A stretch of DNA of 64,000 bases, from positions 1 through 64,000 of the IMG/VR virus record IMGVR_UViG_3300031539_000008; one strand, 5' to 3'. Every line of letters starts with the position of its first letter. The first letter of the stretch is position 1. Of the stretch, positions 19,070-30,316 are shown in pieces. The notes under the pieces were generated by a model. It saw nothing but the letters and a program-made list of their open reading frames with translations. It did not search any database and was not told the DNA's origin. A program made the translations under genes and the position numbers. The stretch comes from a virus.

Positions 19070-20185
19070 CTAGGCGACGCGCGCCAGGTCCACCTTGAGT
19101 TCCGCGACGCCGACGGTTGGAGCCGCGGTGACGGTAGTGACGCGCGCGAGGAGGGCGGTGGCCCCGGCGTAGATGGAGGCCTTGCTGGACTGGTAGGTCC
19201 CCGTGGCCGCCAGGTCGTTCTCCGTCGCGGCGAATACGGCGTCGAGATCGGCCGCGACACCGATCTGCAAGGTCACCCCATTGTCGAACGCCGTGGTCAC
19301 CAGCACGACGCCGCCCTGGACAAAGGAGTTGGCGGGCATCGTAGCGCCGAGCGCGAGGTTGGTGGAACCCGGGGTACCCGGGAAGTCCGCGAAGGTGACC
19401 TGTAGGTAGCGGTACAGGACGGCGACGCCGGCGGCCAGCTTGCCCTCGGTGATGGTGCTGTTGGCGATCTTCGCTCCGGTGATGCCGAGCGCGACCACCG
19501 ACACCAGCACGTCGGTCCCCGAAAGCGACGCCACCAAGACGGTGGACTCGCCCAAGATTCCGCGAACCGTGGGAACCGGCGCCGCACCGCTCTCCAGCAC
19601 GGTGATGCCAGTGACGCCAGCAGCCGTGGCGATGCTGGTGACTCCGGCTGAAACCGAGGCAAACTGCAAGAACGTCAGCGGGTCGGTACCCACGATGGCC
19701 GGGTCACCCGTCTCCACGTAGGCTTGGTCAGCCTGCGTCGTGCCCTCGCTCACGAACATGGCGGCGTTGGTCGCATCCGATCCAGCGGCCATGTCTGTGG
19801 CACGCACCAGCGGCGTCGCGGCCGTGTCGAACACGTAGATGCCGTTCTCGATGGCCGCCGTCTGGTTCTTGAGCAGTACCCGGTCGCCGAGGACCAGCGC
19901 CACGCCGTCCAAGCTCGCGCCTGGCGCCGCGATCGTGACGTTCGCGGTCGAGGCAGCGCGGACGTACTCCTTCCAAGAGAGTCCCAGGATCGCAGCATCC
20001 AACTGGGACTTGATGACGAAATCGTTGGCCGCGACCGCTGCGGCGCCCGACATATTCACATCTGCCGCGTTCGCGTTGTCGCGCGCACGAAGCTGCGTGG
20101 CCGATGCTCCGACGATGGTGGCGTTGCCCTTGCCGAAGTTGACGACGGACGCGAGGCCCGCGAGGGTGAAGTTGTATGCTGCCAT
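19070..20185 (-). CDS. Phage fibre/decoration protein
   Basis: WKEYVRAASTANV...LDGV.L..GDRVLLKNQT...ENGIYV domain common in phage fibre proteins. Confidence 0.8.
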   Translation of the reverse strand: MAAYNFTLAGLASVVNFGKGNATIVGASATQLRARDNANAADVNMSGAAAVAANDFVIKSQLDAAILGLSWKEYVRAASTANVTIAAPGASLDGVALVLGDRVLLKNQTAAIENGIYVFDTAATPLVRATDMAAGSDATNAAMFVSEGTTQADQAYVETGDPAIVGTDPLTFLQFASVSAGVTSIATAAGVTGITVLESGAAPVPTVRGILGESTVLVASLSGTDVLVSVVALGITGAKIANSTITEGKLAAGVAVLYRYLQVTFADFPGTPGSTNLALGATMPANSFVQGGVVLVTTAFDNGVTLQIGVAADLDAVFAATENDLAATGTYQSSKASIYAGATALLARVTTVTAAPTVGVAELKVDLARVA

Positions 20186-20218
20186 GATGTGTTCTCTCTT
20201 CTGTGTGACCCGTGGCTA

Positions 20219-20524
20219 TCAGCCCGGTGGTGAAGCCTCGGATGAATCCTCGGCGAGTTGCTGTTGGTCCCTGATCTGCTTCATCTGGTCCTCGGACGTG
20301 ATGACGTATCCGAGAGAGGCGAAGGCGTTGCGAGTGAGCTGCGGGATGAGAGCGTCCAGGCTCGCCCCGTCGCGCGCCTCGGTGTCGATGAGCGTCCCGC
20401 AACGCATGCACCAGAGGACGGCCTCTTTGTCCACGACGGGCGCGATGAGCCCGTCGCGCTGGCCGCAACCGAGGCAGGGAATCTTGGTTTGAGGTTTTTC
20501 ACCCATGTCGGAGATGTCGTGCAT
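20219..20524 (-). CDS. Small Zn-ribbon protein
   Basis: CLGC and CMRC. Confidence 0.5.
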   Translation of the reverse strand: MHDISDMGEKPQTKIPCLGCGQRDGLIAPVVDKEAVLWCMRCGTLIDTEARDGASLDALIPQLTRNAFASLGYVITSEDQMKQIRDQQQLAEDSSEASPPG

Positions 20525-20533
20525 GGCGAAATC

Positions 20534-21055
20534 CTAAAAGGCTCTGATGATTGTGTCCACCACGCGGTAGTTGACCGTCGTGGCCACACCCCCGCCCGAT
20601 CCGGTCAGCCGCACAATGACCGAACCGGCAGAAAGCAGAACGGTCACGTCGATGTCGGTCAGCGGCGCATCGCTGTCGATGATGAGCGTGGAAATATCGA
20701 CCCCGGTACCCGACACAGCGATGTCAAGCCGAAATGAGGAAGACTCCCCATTCGCCTTGGAGATGTTCATTTCGACCGCGACCTGCCCCAGGGTGTCGGG
20801 CCCCACGTTCAGGTCCTGAGTGGCGCTGTCCAGGAAGCTCGCGGTCTGGAGCGGCGGGAGGGCCCCGCCGGGCACATCCACGTTGGCCTGGCCGGGCGGT
20901 CCAGGGGTGACCACGACGCCGGGTCCGGTGAAGTTCAGGGCTGTGGCCGCAGGTACGACAACGACGCCGTCGTCCTGCACCTCAATGTCGCCGCCGCCAC
21001 CGTCGGGGACGTGGTTTCTCCAGGCGGATGGGTTGCCCTGAACGCGTTGGACCAC
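20534..21055 (-). CDS. Putative structural protein with N-terminal RVQG...W motif
   Basis: MVQRVQGNPSAWRNH; VQDDG...ALNFTGPGV fibre-type strand motif. Confidence 0.6.
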   Translation of the reverse strand: MVQRVQGNPSAWRNHVPDGGGGDIEVQDDGVVVVPAATALNFTGPGVVVTPGPPGQANVDVPGGALPPLQTASFLDSATQDLNVGPDTLGQVAVEMNISKANGESSSFRLDIAVSGTGVDISTLIIDSDAPLTDIDVTVLLSAGSVIVRLTGSGGGVATTVNYRVVDTIIRAF

Positions 21056-21061
21056 GACGGG

Positions 21062-21090
21062 AGTATAACGTCCGCGTCGCCTGCTAGGAT
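21062..21090. promoter_or_regulatory. Divergent leaderless promoters
   Basis: TATACT 6 nt before GTG 21055 (-); TGCTAGGAT 6 nt before ATG 21097 (+). Confidence 0.6.
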
Positions 21091-21096
21091 GGAGGC

Positions 21097-24000
21097 ATGG
21101 CGCAGGTGCTGTACGACGCGGCGGGAGAGGTTTCGCGCGACCTGATGCGGCTGGCCGACGAGCTGCGGGCAGCGGGCAAGACCAGGGAGGCCGCCCGCTG
21201 CGACGCGATGAGCCAGCGGCTCAGCCGCGCACTTCACGATGCCCTGACGGAGACGCAGCCGCTGACGTTGCCCATCGAGAGGAAGAAGTGATGCCAGGAT
21301 ACACTCTCATCGTTCGCTGCTTGCTGTGCAAGGGCGAGCAGGTCGTCCAGCTCCCCGACCACACCGAAGAAGAAGCGCGCATGTTCGGGGCTCTACTGGA
21401 CGGCAGCTCGGACTTCTACGTGAAGTCTCCACGCGACTCCGATGACTCTACAATCGGCCGCTGCGTCCAGTGCGGAGGCCGGATCGACTGCGAGGTGGTC
21501 AAAACGTGAGCGAGGTCGCGCACTTCCAAGCGCAGCTCGTCCTGGGGGAGTCCGAAACGGCCGTCTTGTTTCTGTACGGCGACCGCGAGCTGGAGATCCC
21601 CAGGCAAAAACTCGTGGAGTTTGACGAAGATGGAAGATTCTCGCTTTCTGCCGATGACGCTAGGGCCCTGGGTCTGCTAGAAGGCTGACGTGGACGAAAC
21701 GGGACCGACGCACTGGAACCCCCAAGGTTGGGTGGATCCGGTCGAGAAGTACAAGCGACTCGTGCGCGAGATTCTCTCGGAGCGGGGCTTTCGCCTGATT
21801 CCGCCCGGCGAGGAGGCTCAACGCGCCCAGGAGCGAGCTGACATCTGGGACATCCTGCTCAAGCACCAGCAGCGCGAGCTGGAAGACTGGATCGAGCAGG
21901 AGCTGGAGAGACGGACATGAGCAAGAGAACTCACGCCTCGTTCAAGGTGGACAACGGCACCGCTATCGTCCAGAACATGGTCATCGGCGGAACGGAGGCG
22001 GAAGTCGCCAAGGTCTTTGCCGCTGAGGAGGCCGCCGCCCTACGCAAGGGGCACACGGTCATCCATGCGGACGGGCGAAGGGTGTGGAGGGATCGGATGC
22101 CGGAGATGACCGGCGGCGAGTTCACCTGGCACGCCGACGGCAACCGGGTGCGGGCCAAGCTGATGGAGTACACCCTGTATCCCGACGGCCGCAAGGAATC
22201 GCGCGTGATTCGGCGGTCGTGGGTGCACTACGACAACCTGGAGTGACCATGAGACGCCTTCGCCTACCGCCGATGATTCTGCACTTCCCCGTGTTCTTTC
22301 CCACTTTCCGTGATCTTCACGGGCAGCTCCGCTGTTGGTGGCACGACGCACACGAGTGGGTCGAGGATCCGAAGGAAGCCGGAACCTACAGAACCTGGAC
22401 ATGCAAACGATGTCGGAATCACGTGACAGTCTTCGGGGCAGACGGACATACCCTCCACCTGAAGGACCACGGGTACAAGCGTGTACTGGTGAGCTACCAA
22501 CGGGATCCGATGGATTTCACGTGCGAGTGATCGTGACCGGAGGTCGGGACTACCAGCCCACTTACCAGGACTTCTGCGTCCTACGGGACGCGCTGTGGGA
22601 GCTGCGCGCCATCTGCGTGGTTCACGGTGGCGCGTCTGGGGTGGACCAGTGGGCCGGGAAGTCAGCGAAGACCCTGGGATTCTGCGTGAGAGCGTTCTCG
22701 TATCGCGGAGACCTGGGACGCGCTGGAGGGCCGGCACGGAATCAGGAAATGGTCGACTACGCCGTCATCGGCGCGGGGAGGGGCGGCTGCATCCACCTGC
22801 CAGGCGGCGCGGGGACGGCTGACTGCGTACGCCGGGCGACCAAGGCGGGGCTGCGCATAGTGGCGCTGCATCCAGACACCTCACCGTCCCCACCCCAACA
22901 AACGGAGCTGTTTTGACGACCTACGAAATCACGAGCAAGAAGTACCGGGACATGATGATCTGGTACGGCCTCAAGCGGGCAGAAGAGGACAACGCCTCGG
23001 GCGGCCTCGTCATGCCCCACGAGGGGATCAACGAACTGTGCCTCGGCGAGACCGTCTCAGCGTCGAATCTCGGGAAGGACGACGCGTCATTCATCTACAG
23101 GGGCCGAACGTGCAAGTGGGAAGATGGGAGATGGAGGTGGACATGAGTGACGACATGCCACAGGTCACTCAGCGGCAGTTTGAGGCCGACTACGCCAAGA
23201 AGTCGGGCCGGTCGATCGAGGAGCTGCGTGCGGGCGGATTCCACTCACAGCGGCACCGCTGCGAGGAGGGCGGCTGCCAAGGGTGGGAGATGCTCTCGAC
23301 GCCGGCACGTACGCTTGAGGAGCGAATCAAATACTTCAAGGAGCGCTACATCCACGACGCCATCTCCAAGACCACCAGGGCGATGATGCTGGAGCAGATC
23401 GACGAGCTGGATTCTAAGTTGAAGGAGCAGAATGACCAAGCCACGAAGACCTCCTGATGTAGCCCTCTCCGAGCTGTTCTGCTGCGTGCAGCAGTGCGTG
23501 CTCAACGGCTCCCTCACCAGCATGGCGGTCGACGATGACCTGCTCGCGCGGGCGAAGGCAGCCTGCAACCTGGCCTATCAGCAGCACCCCTGGCTCGGTG
23601 ACGTAGTGATCGACACCGGGAACTACGATCCTGGCCATGGGGACAGCTACGATGCCTGAACGCTGCATTCACTGCAAACGGGTGGTAGCGCTACCCCTAC
23701 GCGACATTGGGAATCGCCCGGTCTGCGGGATCTGTGCGCTGAAACGTCTTGCTCTGATTCCGCTGGCGTTGGCGGCCTCTACGCGGGAGACTGTGGACGA
23801 TGGGACAGCGTCTCAATAACGGCCACGCGACTGATCTCGACCGCCTGCTCTACTTGGTGGCGCTGGCACGTGCGGGCGGCCTGGACGCACGCATCACCAT
23901 CGAGCGGACCAAGAATGGATATTTTCAGGCTGCGGCCTACTTCCCCAGGGATACGATGGCCGAGGTGCGGGATGAGCGATGATCCCGAGAACGTCATCGA

Positions 24001-24382
24001 ACTGTTCCCCGAGGTGAAGGGCCCACCTGTCCTAACCCGCGGACAAAACTACCGTGTCTGCAAGCACAGGAAAATTGAGATAGACGTGGAGGACCGCATC
24101 ATCGAGTGTTCGACCTGCGGAGCCGCTGTGGATGCCATCGAGTGGCTGGTGAGGAACACGCAGGCTTGGCGGAATGCCAATGCGGACTACAAGGCGACCA
24201 AGGATGAGGTTAGGCGACTGGAGCGCGACCAGGCGTCGCTCAAGCGCGAGGTGAAGAACCTCAAGGCGCAGGAGAAGCGTTGGCTGAGCAAGCTGGCGGC
24301 CCTGCATCGCGAGCACACGGTTGAGGAGCAACTACCCGCAAGCATCGAGCTGGCCAGGTCCAGGCAGAAGGGCGACGGTTAG
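21097..24382 (+). other. Operon of about 13 small coupled hypothetical genes (21097-21291, 21288-21509, 21506-21688, 21690-21920, 21917-22246, 22249-22530, 22521-22916, 22913-23146, 23143-23457, 23432-23659, 23652-23819, 23800-23982, 23972-24382)
   Basis: Consecutive start/stop overlaps after TGCTAGGAT box. Confidence 0.65.
22521..22916 (+). CDS. SLOG-family (YspA/DUF2493-like) protein
   Basis: RVIVTGGRDY, VHGGASGVD, AGGPARNQEM, GGAGTADC. Confidence 0.8.
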   Translation: MRVIVTGGRDYQPTYQDFCVLRDALWELRAICVVHGGASGVDQWAGKSAKTLGFCVRAFSYRGDLGRAGGPARNQEMVDYAVIGAGRGGCIHLPGGAGTADCVRRATKAGLRIVALHPDTSPSPPQQTELF

Positions 24383-24528
24383 CCGTCACCATCACCGTGT
24401 AAGCACTTGATATTATTGAGGAAATCGGTAGAAATGCGTGCGTAAAGGCACGTTCAACGTCGCCGTTAGAGTCCGAATTCGTACGTCTAAGGTGGGTTGA
24501 CGGGCTCCCTCACCGGCTTACTCTTGGA

Positions 24529-24555
24529 TGTCCGATAAGTGCGAGTTGTCGGTCA
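24529..24555. promoter_or_regulatory. Putative recombinase core site (lox-like imperfect inverted repeat)
   Basis: TGTCCGATAA-GTGCGAG-TTGTCGGTCA, arms 8/10 complementary, 7-bp spacer, just upstream of the probable recombinase start. Confidence 0.45.
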
Positions 24556-24587
24556 TCGTGGGGCGCAAGCGAAACAACAACACGGCC

Positions 24588-25859
24588 ATGGAGCTGTTGC
24601 CGAATGCGGCTGCGGCACTGCGCACCGAGGCACTGAAACGTCACCTGGAGCGTGGCGATGATCTGGCCAGCTACGCGCGGTCGGATCGGACGCAACAAGC
24701 CTACGAGTCGGACGTGCGCCAATGGCTCGACTACGCGAAGCGCCATGGCATTCCGCCGTACCCGATCTCTCCTTCCGCCCTGGTGGCGTACCTCGGGTAC
24801 ATGGACGAGCGCGACTACAAGGTGGCGACCGTCAAGCGCCGCCTGGCCGGTCTGGTGCAGTGGCACCAGAGCCGTGGCGATGCGCTTCCGATGGGCCCTA
24901 AGCTAAAGGAGCGCCTCAAGGGGCTCCGGCGGAAAAAGGGGGTGGCCCAGACTGCGAAGCGGGCATTCACCCTGGAGCAGATTGCCGAGATGCTCTTGCT
25001 GATGGGGGATAGCGATGTGGAGTGCCGCGACAAGGCCATGCTGCTCGTGGGGTTTCAGAGTTCTGCGCGCCGAAGCGAGCTGGCCGAGCTGACCTGGGAA
25101 GACGTAGAGGAGCACCAGACCTTCTGGCTTCTTCACATCCGCAGGTCGAAGACCGACCAAGAGGGCCTGGGTCAGGATGTTGTCCTACCGCAGGAGGGCG
25201 GCTTCAGTGCGCTTGCCGCCCTGAGAGACTGGCGAGAGCGACAGGGAACCGGCACTGGACCAGTCTTCGGCATCACAGATCGGACGATAGCCAGGCGCGC
25301 GCAGCACTGCGCGAAGATGATAGGCCTAGACCCCGGCGTCTACGGGGCTCACTCCTTGCGCAGCGGTTTCGCCACCGAGGCCGACCGCAAGGGCGCATCT
25401 GTGAGGGAGATTCAGGGGCAGACGCACCATAAGGATGCAAGGATGGTCGACAGGTACATTCAGAAGCGTGCGCAGGCCGAAAACAAGGCCGCGCGTCTGG
25501 TAGCCGAAGGGCTGAGCGAATTGACGCCGAAGAAGCCGCGAGGGTACGAGGTTGACCTCGGCGACTATCGCGTCTTGCTCGTCGACTCAAGCTCAGGAGA
25601 GCCCGTCGCGTGGGGCTTCCCGCTGCTCAAGTCGCTCGGCGAGGAACGCTTCTCCGCCCTCGGTCAACTGGGCGAGTTGGCGTGCCTGGATCACGTCAAC
25701 GGCGGCAAGTACGGCTTCGTGGTGCGCCGGCTGAACCATGCCGAGGCGATTCGCAAATACGGAGAAGTCACCGGGCGGGAGACTGGTCCGCGCGGCGGCT
25801 GGCGCTCGATCACGTACGGAAAGACACAGTTCCTGAGCAAGCTGGACGGGGACCAATGA
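24588..25859 (+). CDS. Tyrosine recombinase, Cre-like, with C-terminal extension
   Basis: SAM-like N-domain (T..AYESD...W), RDKAMLL..F.S.ARRSEL, RSKTDQ.G, GAHSLRSGF, H...M..RY. Confidence 0.92.
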   Translation: MELLPNAAAALRTEALKRHLERGDDLASYARSDRTQQAYESDVRQWLDYAKRHGIPPYPISPSALVAYLGYMDERDYKVATVKRRLAGLVQWHQSRGDALPMGPKLKERLKGLRRKKGVAQTAKRAFTLEQIAEMLLLMGDSDVECRDKAMLLVGFQSSARRSELAELTWEDVEEHQTFWLLHIRRSKTDQEGLGQDVVLPQEGGFSALAALRDWRERQGTGTGPVFGITDRTIARRAQHCAKMIGLDPGVYGAHSLRSGFATEADRKGASVREIQGQTHHKDARMVDRYIQKRAQAENKAARLVAEGLSELTPKKPRGYEVDLGDYRVLLVDSSSGEPVAWGFPLLKSLGEERFSALGQLGELACLDHVNGGKYGFVVRRLNHAEAIRKYGEVTGRETGPRGGWRSITYGKTQFLSKLDGDQ

Positions 25860-25889
25860 CCCGCCTGCGCTCCGTGATACCCTCCCATC

Positions 25890-26012
25890 ATGGCCAAGCC
25901 CTCCCGTCTCGCCTCGTTCGCCCTGGGCGGTGCCACCTTCCTGCTGGCGTCCTACATCCTCCACTGCGGCTACGGCATGGGCCCCTGGCGCTGCCAGAAA
26001 CGGTGCCCATGA
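25890..26012 (+). CDS. Small membrane peptide
   Basis: ATG 6 nt after TGATACCCT; TM segment; ATGA overlap. Confidence 0.45.
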   Translation: MAKPSRLASFALGGATFLLASYILHCGYGMGPWRCQKRCP

Positions 26013-26632
26013 CTCGCAAACTCCTCCCCATCCTCCTTCTCCTGGCTTGCAACGGGATCCACCCCGACGGCACGCAGGTCTACGTCGAGAATCAGCGCAC
26101 GGACGCCACCACCGTCTACGTCAGCTTTTCGGGGACATCGGTGCTCACCCCCGCTGACTGGACGTTCTGCGAGGGCACAGGACTGACCTGCTCCTTCCAG
26201 CTCGACGGAAAGACCACCAAGCAGCTCCCGAACAAGGCTCACGCCTACCTCAACGCCACGTTCAGCTTCGATGCACCCGTGGGCTGCGGCGCGACCAAGG
26301 CGGAGGTGAACGTCAACAACCCCGACTGGTACGACATTCTTGATGTGAGCCTGGTCGACGGCTACAACGAGAAGTTGGAGATCAGCGCCACGCCCACCGG
26401 CGGCAAGGCCGTGAAGATCGGCCCGCCAGTTGGCAAGGACGGTAATGAGGCGGTGTTCGGGGTGTTCCCCTACGGCTGCGACATCTGCGTGGCGCGCCAG
26501 GACCCTCCCTGCGACATCCCCACGGGCAAGTCGGGCTGCAAGAAGGGGACGCAGTACGACCCGGACGTGCCCTGTCAGTGGCAGGGTCCGGTCAAAGGCG
26601 GCGGCGGGGACGTTACGGTTTCCCTGCTGTAG
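26009..26632 (+). CDS. Lipoprotein with thaumatin-like domain
   Basis: Lipobox LLLAC; DVSLVDGYN thaumatin signature; multiple Cys. Confidence 0.65.
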   Translation: MTRKLLPILLLLACNGIHPDGTQVYVENQRTDATTVYVSFSGTSVLTPADWTFCEGTGLTCSFQLDGKTTKQLPNKAHAYLNATFSFDAPVGCGATKAEVNVNNPDWYDILDVSLVDGYNEKLEISATPTGGKAVKIGPPVGKDGNEAVFGVFPYGCDICVARQDPPCDIPTGKSGCKKGTQYDPDVPCQWQGPVKGGGGDVTVSLL

Positions 26633-26636
26633 AGAG

Positions 26637-27044
26637 ATGGTACCATCTGCCCATGCCTCGGAACCAAGGGATGCGTACCTCTGGGCCCTGGGCTCGGGCA
26701 CCTACGCGCAGAGCTTCCCGATCCGATCCTCTGGCCTGATGAAGATCGTGCAGCTCAGCGGGCGCATCGACTACCCCGCCTCGGGCGCCGAGAACGCGAG
26801 GATTCGGCTCTACCGCTACCGCAAGACCGCGCCGTTCGGCACCTTCAACTACACGCAGATCACCTCATTGTTCGACATCAACGCGGCGTTCCCATGGTCA
26901 TGGACCATGGATGAATCCGACAAGATCAACGCGTTCACGTTGGACCCCGTCACCGACAGCCTGGCCGTAAGTAACGTCTACACAGCAGGCGCGACGCCCA
27001 CCATGCGGGCCCTGCGAATCGACTTCATCCTCGGACCCGCGTAG
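26637..27044 (+). CDS. Hypothetical beta-rich protein (start uncertain)
   Basis: Protein-like composition; see finding on start-frame mismatch. Confidence 0.45.
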   Translation: MVPSAHASEPRDAYLWALGSGTYAQSFPIRSSGLMKIVQLSGRIDYPASGAENARIRLYRYRKTAPFGTFNYTQITSLFDINAAFPWSWTMDESDKINAFTLDPVTDSLAVSNVYTAGATPTMRALRIDFILGPA

Positions 27045-27117
27045 GAGACCGCCATGCCCGATCCAGAAGATCTGCCCCCAGTTTGGCCGCCCGTTCCGAC
27101 CGACGGAGAAGACCCGT

Positions 27118-27873
27118 AGTCACTCGGCCTGTTCGTCCTGGAGCGCGTGGCGACCTGCCGCGCACTGGCCGAGCAGCCATTTGACCTCCTCGGTGCTGAG
27201 GATGACGATGGCCTCGTTGTCCAGCGCCTTCCAGGCGATCTCACGCAGTCGCCGTTTGCTCGGGGCCTTCGCGCGTGTCATTTCGTGCGGTCCGTGGTCA
27301 GCGCGTTCTGCTGATGCTGGCTCACGAGCTTCCTCACCGCCTCTGCATAGCATTTGAAGCAGGCGCGTCGCTCCCAGTCCTCGCGCTCCCACTCCTCTAC
27401 CACCAAGAAGCAGATGAAGGGAACTTTGCCGTGGAGCGGGCACTCTCCCACAAGATCTGCGCTCAGTTTGACCTCGCTCACTTCATCATCCCTTCCAGCA
27501 GTGCCCGACCCTTGGCCAACGCGTCGCGCACATCGGGGTCCTCCAGCGCGTCCTGGCTGCATGAGAAGCGGAACTCGCCCTCACCAATCGGGAAGCTGAG
27601 AGTGATCTCGTCCCGTCGCCGGCGCAGCATGGTCGCGCTCGCGTCGGATACCGCCGACAGAGACTGCGCCGCATCGCGCATCATGGAGGTGAACGTGCCG
27701 TGCAGCTCCTCCGACTGGTGCTGGAGACGGTCGATCAGCATGTCCTTGTCGCGGTTGGACGAAAGACGCCGTTTCAGCCGCTGCCCCGCATCCCACAGCT
27801 CGCGCTTGGTCACGGTCTTGAGCTTCTCGTTGATCTGCTCCTCGGTCTCCGAGGTCTCGATTTCGTCGTGCAT
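27118..27873 (-). other. Short minus-strand operon of small hypothetical genes (incl. 27478-27873 and the gene ending at 27278)
   Basis: Coupled short ORFs divergent from 27953. Confidence 0.45.
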
Positions 27874-29211
27874 TTGACCCCTTTACCACGTGGTGCAGTC
27901 GTGCTACAAGCGCATTGGAACGGAGCGGCGCCGAATTGCGCCTGGAGGATGAATGAGCGTCAAGAACTGCCACCTGTGCCGAACGCTTGGCCCACCATCG
28001 GCTCGCAAGGTCCACGGCTTCCGTGTCGATGGCCTGGGCATGGTCGACTTTGCGTGCCCGACGAGCCAGGACGCCTACGAGCGTGATTTGGCCGCCTGCC
28101 GAGACATCGTGAATGGAATCAGTATGCAGGCCCAGGCGCTCCGTGAGATCGAACGCGCTGCGACCACCAAGAAGGAACCGGACGATGACTGACCCCACCC
28201 GCCCGGACGTATCCGCCATCAAGGCCCGCGCCATCCTGGGACGTGGTGCGCCGTGTGTCCACAACAGCGACGTGATAGCGCTGTGCGACCGCATCCTCCA
28301 CCTTGAGGACCGCGTGGTCGAGCAGGCGGACTCGTCCCGCCGCCTCCTGCTCAACCTCCTCGCCGTCATCCACCGGGACGGGGGCCAGCACACGGACTCG
28401 GTTGGGGTAAGCCGGTCCGCCGCTGATGCGCACGAGGCATGGGCGGCGCTTATGGTGATGCGGGACGAATGCCCGCGGTGTGGCGGTCTAATGAGCCACG
28501 ATGAGGCCGAGGCCGGAGAGTGTGCGCACCCTGACTGCAAATGGCGGTCGCGCCTCGCCGGGAGGGTGGCCGAACTGGAGACGGCTATCGAAAAGGTGCT
28601 CATCCTGCCGCCCGGGATGCTCAGCGCGGATGCGCGTCGGTGTCTTGATGCAGCCCTGCTCACCCCTACAGGAGACACGACCGATGAGTAAACCCAAAGC
28701 ACACTACTCAGACGGCACCCCCAAGAGCCGGTCGGTCAAACCTGGCTGGTGCTGCGAGGACCACGCGGCCGAACTCGCCGAAAAGTGCGCCCGCCTAGAG
28801 CGTGAGCGGGACGAGGCGCGGGCCCGGTGTGAGGCACTGGAGACGGCGCTGGAGTGTTCGAATTCCGCTGATGTGCGAAGGTTACGCGCCGACACTGACG
28901 CCCTGCTCACGGGACAAAACCCCGCCACATCCCCACAGGTGGAGACGCCGCCCACGGACGGGAACCCATGACCGCCGGTTGGATCGTCTACCTCATCCTG
29001 TGGCCACTTGCCCTGTACGACTGGATCTGTGACCGCCTATGACCGACGCCGAACTCATCGCCGCCATGATCGAGCGCAGGGTATCCGAACTCTGCGACCT
29101 CGCCGATTCCGCCAACATTCGGATGGAGGCTAACCGATTCGAGACTAAGGCTGCCGAGGCCGAGGCTCTCGCATCGGCCGTGCGACGCGGAGGGTGGAGA
29201 CTACGATAACC

Positions 29212-29388
29212 ATGTCGACCGAAGAACCGACCTGCACCTGCCGCTTCAACCCCTCCGACCGCGATGCCAAGGGCCACCCGGGCGTTGCTCCGCACAAGTG
29301 CCCCTACTCCGAGGAAATCTGCGACGACAGCGAGACCCTCTGCACCTGTTGCTCCTTCAAGGAGCACGAATGCTTGATGGATATATGA
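29212..29388 (+). CDS. Cys-rich metal-binding peptide (paralog of 38637-38798)
   Basis: HKCPYSEEICDDSETLCTCC. Confidence 0.6.
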   Translation: MSTEEPTCTCRFNPSDRDAKGHPGVAPHKCPYSEEICDDSETLCTCCSFKEHECLMDI

Positions 29389-30316
29389 GCGACAACGACA
29401 AGTGTGAACACGGATGGCTCCACCCGCACGAGCACTGCATCCCGTGCCTCAAGGCCGAGGTCCAGCGTCTGAGCGAATCAACCGCTGAGTGGAAGGGGCA
29501 CGCCGAACGCATGCGCAGCTACTACGCGCGCGTCTGCGTCAGCCTGGAAGATGCAGAGGCTGAGATCAACCGGCTCAGCGGAGCGCATGTCTGCGTCGCG
29601 TGCGGCCACATGGGCCCCGAGGCTCCACCATCCGGCCGAGAGCTTCCCATCGTCAAGGGCGCGCTGGATGCCCAGGCGGACGCGGAGAAGAGGCTAATCG
29701 AGGTGCTGGCGGAGGTGGCCCTGTTGCGCGAAGCGCTCGCGGATCCAGGCAACGCGCCGCTTCCCCACGCCCTGGCGATGAGCCAGGCGAACCTGATCAA
29801 GCGTCGGGAGTCTGAGCGTGACCAGGCCCGCAAGATCGCCGCCGATCTTCGGGCTCAAAATGAACGGCCCGGCGGGTACTGGAAGCCATTTCCATGGGAG
29901 GACAAATGATGGATAACGAAGAAGAATCCGAAAAGCTGATGGCCATGATCGAAGGCAAGTATCCAGCGGAGCGCTGTTCCCTGGCCGAATACCGCGATGT
30001 ACTGCACGAACTTGCGTGCGCCCTCCGCGAACGTGTGAGCCAGCTCGACGAGGAGATCGGAGATGGCTGACGTGCTCAGTGGACCGGAAATGAAGGAGCG
30101 GCTCACCCGGAACATGGCGTACTCTACTCAGCACGCGATCGGTCAGACACGCAAGAATGCCGAGGCGGCTCTCCAGTCAAAGGTGATCACGGATGGCTGG
30201 ACCGTGACCTTCCACGATGAACAGGACCACGACGCCTACTGCCTCGCGGAAGTCCGCGGTGGCGAGCTGGTGGTACTCTGCAAGACTTACGGCGAGCTGG
30301 CCATGGAGTCCCACTG

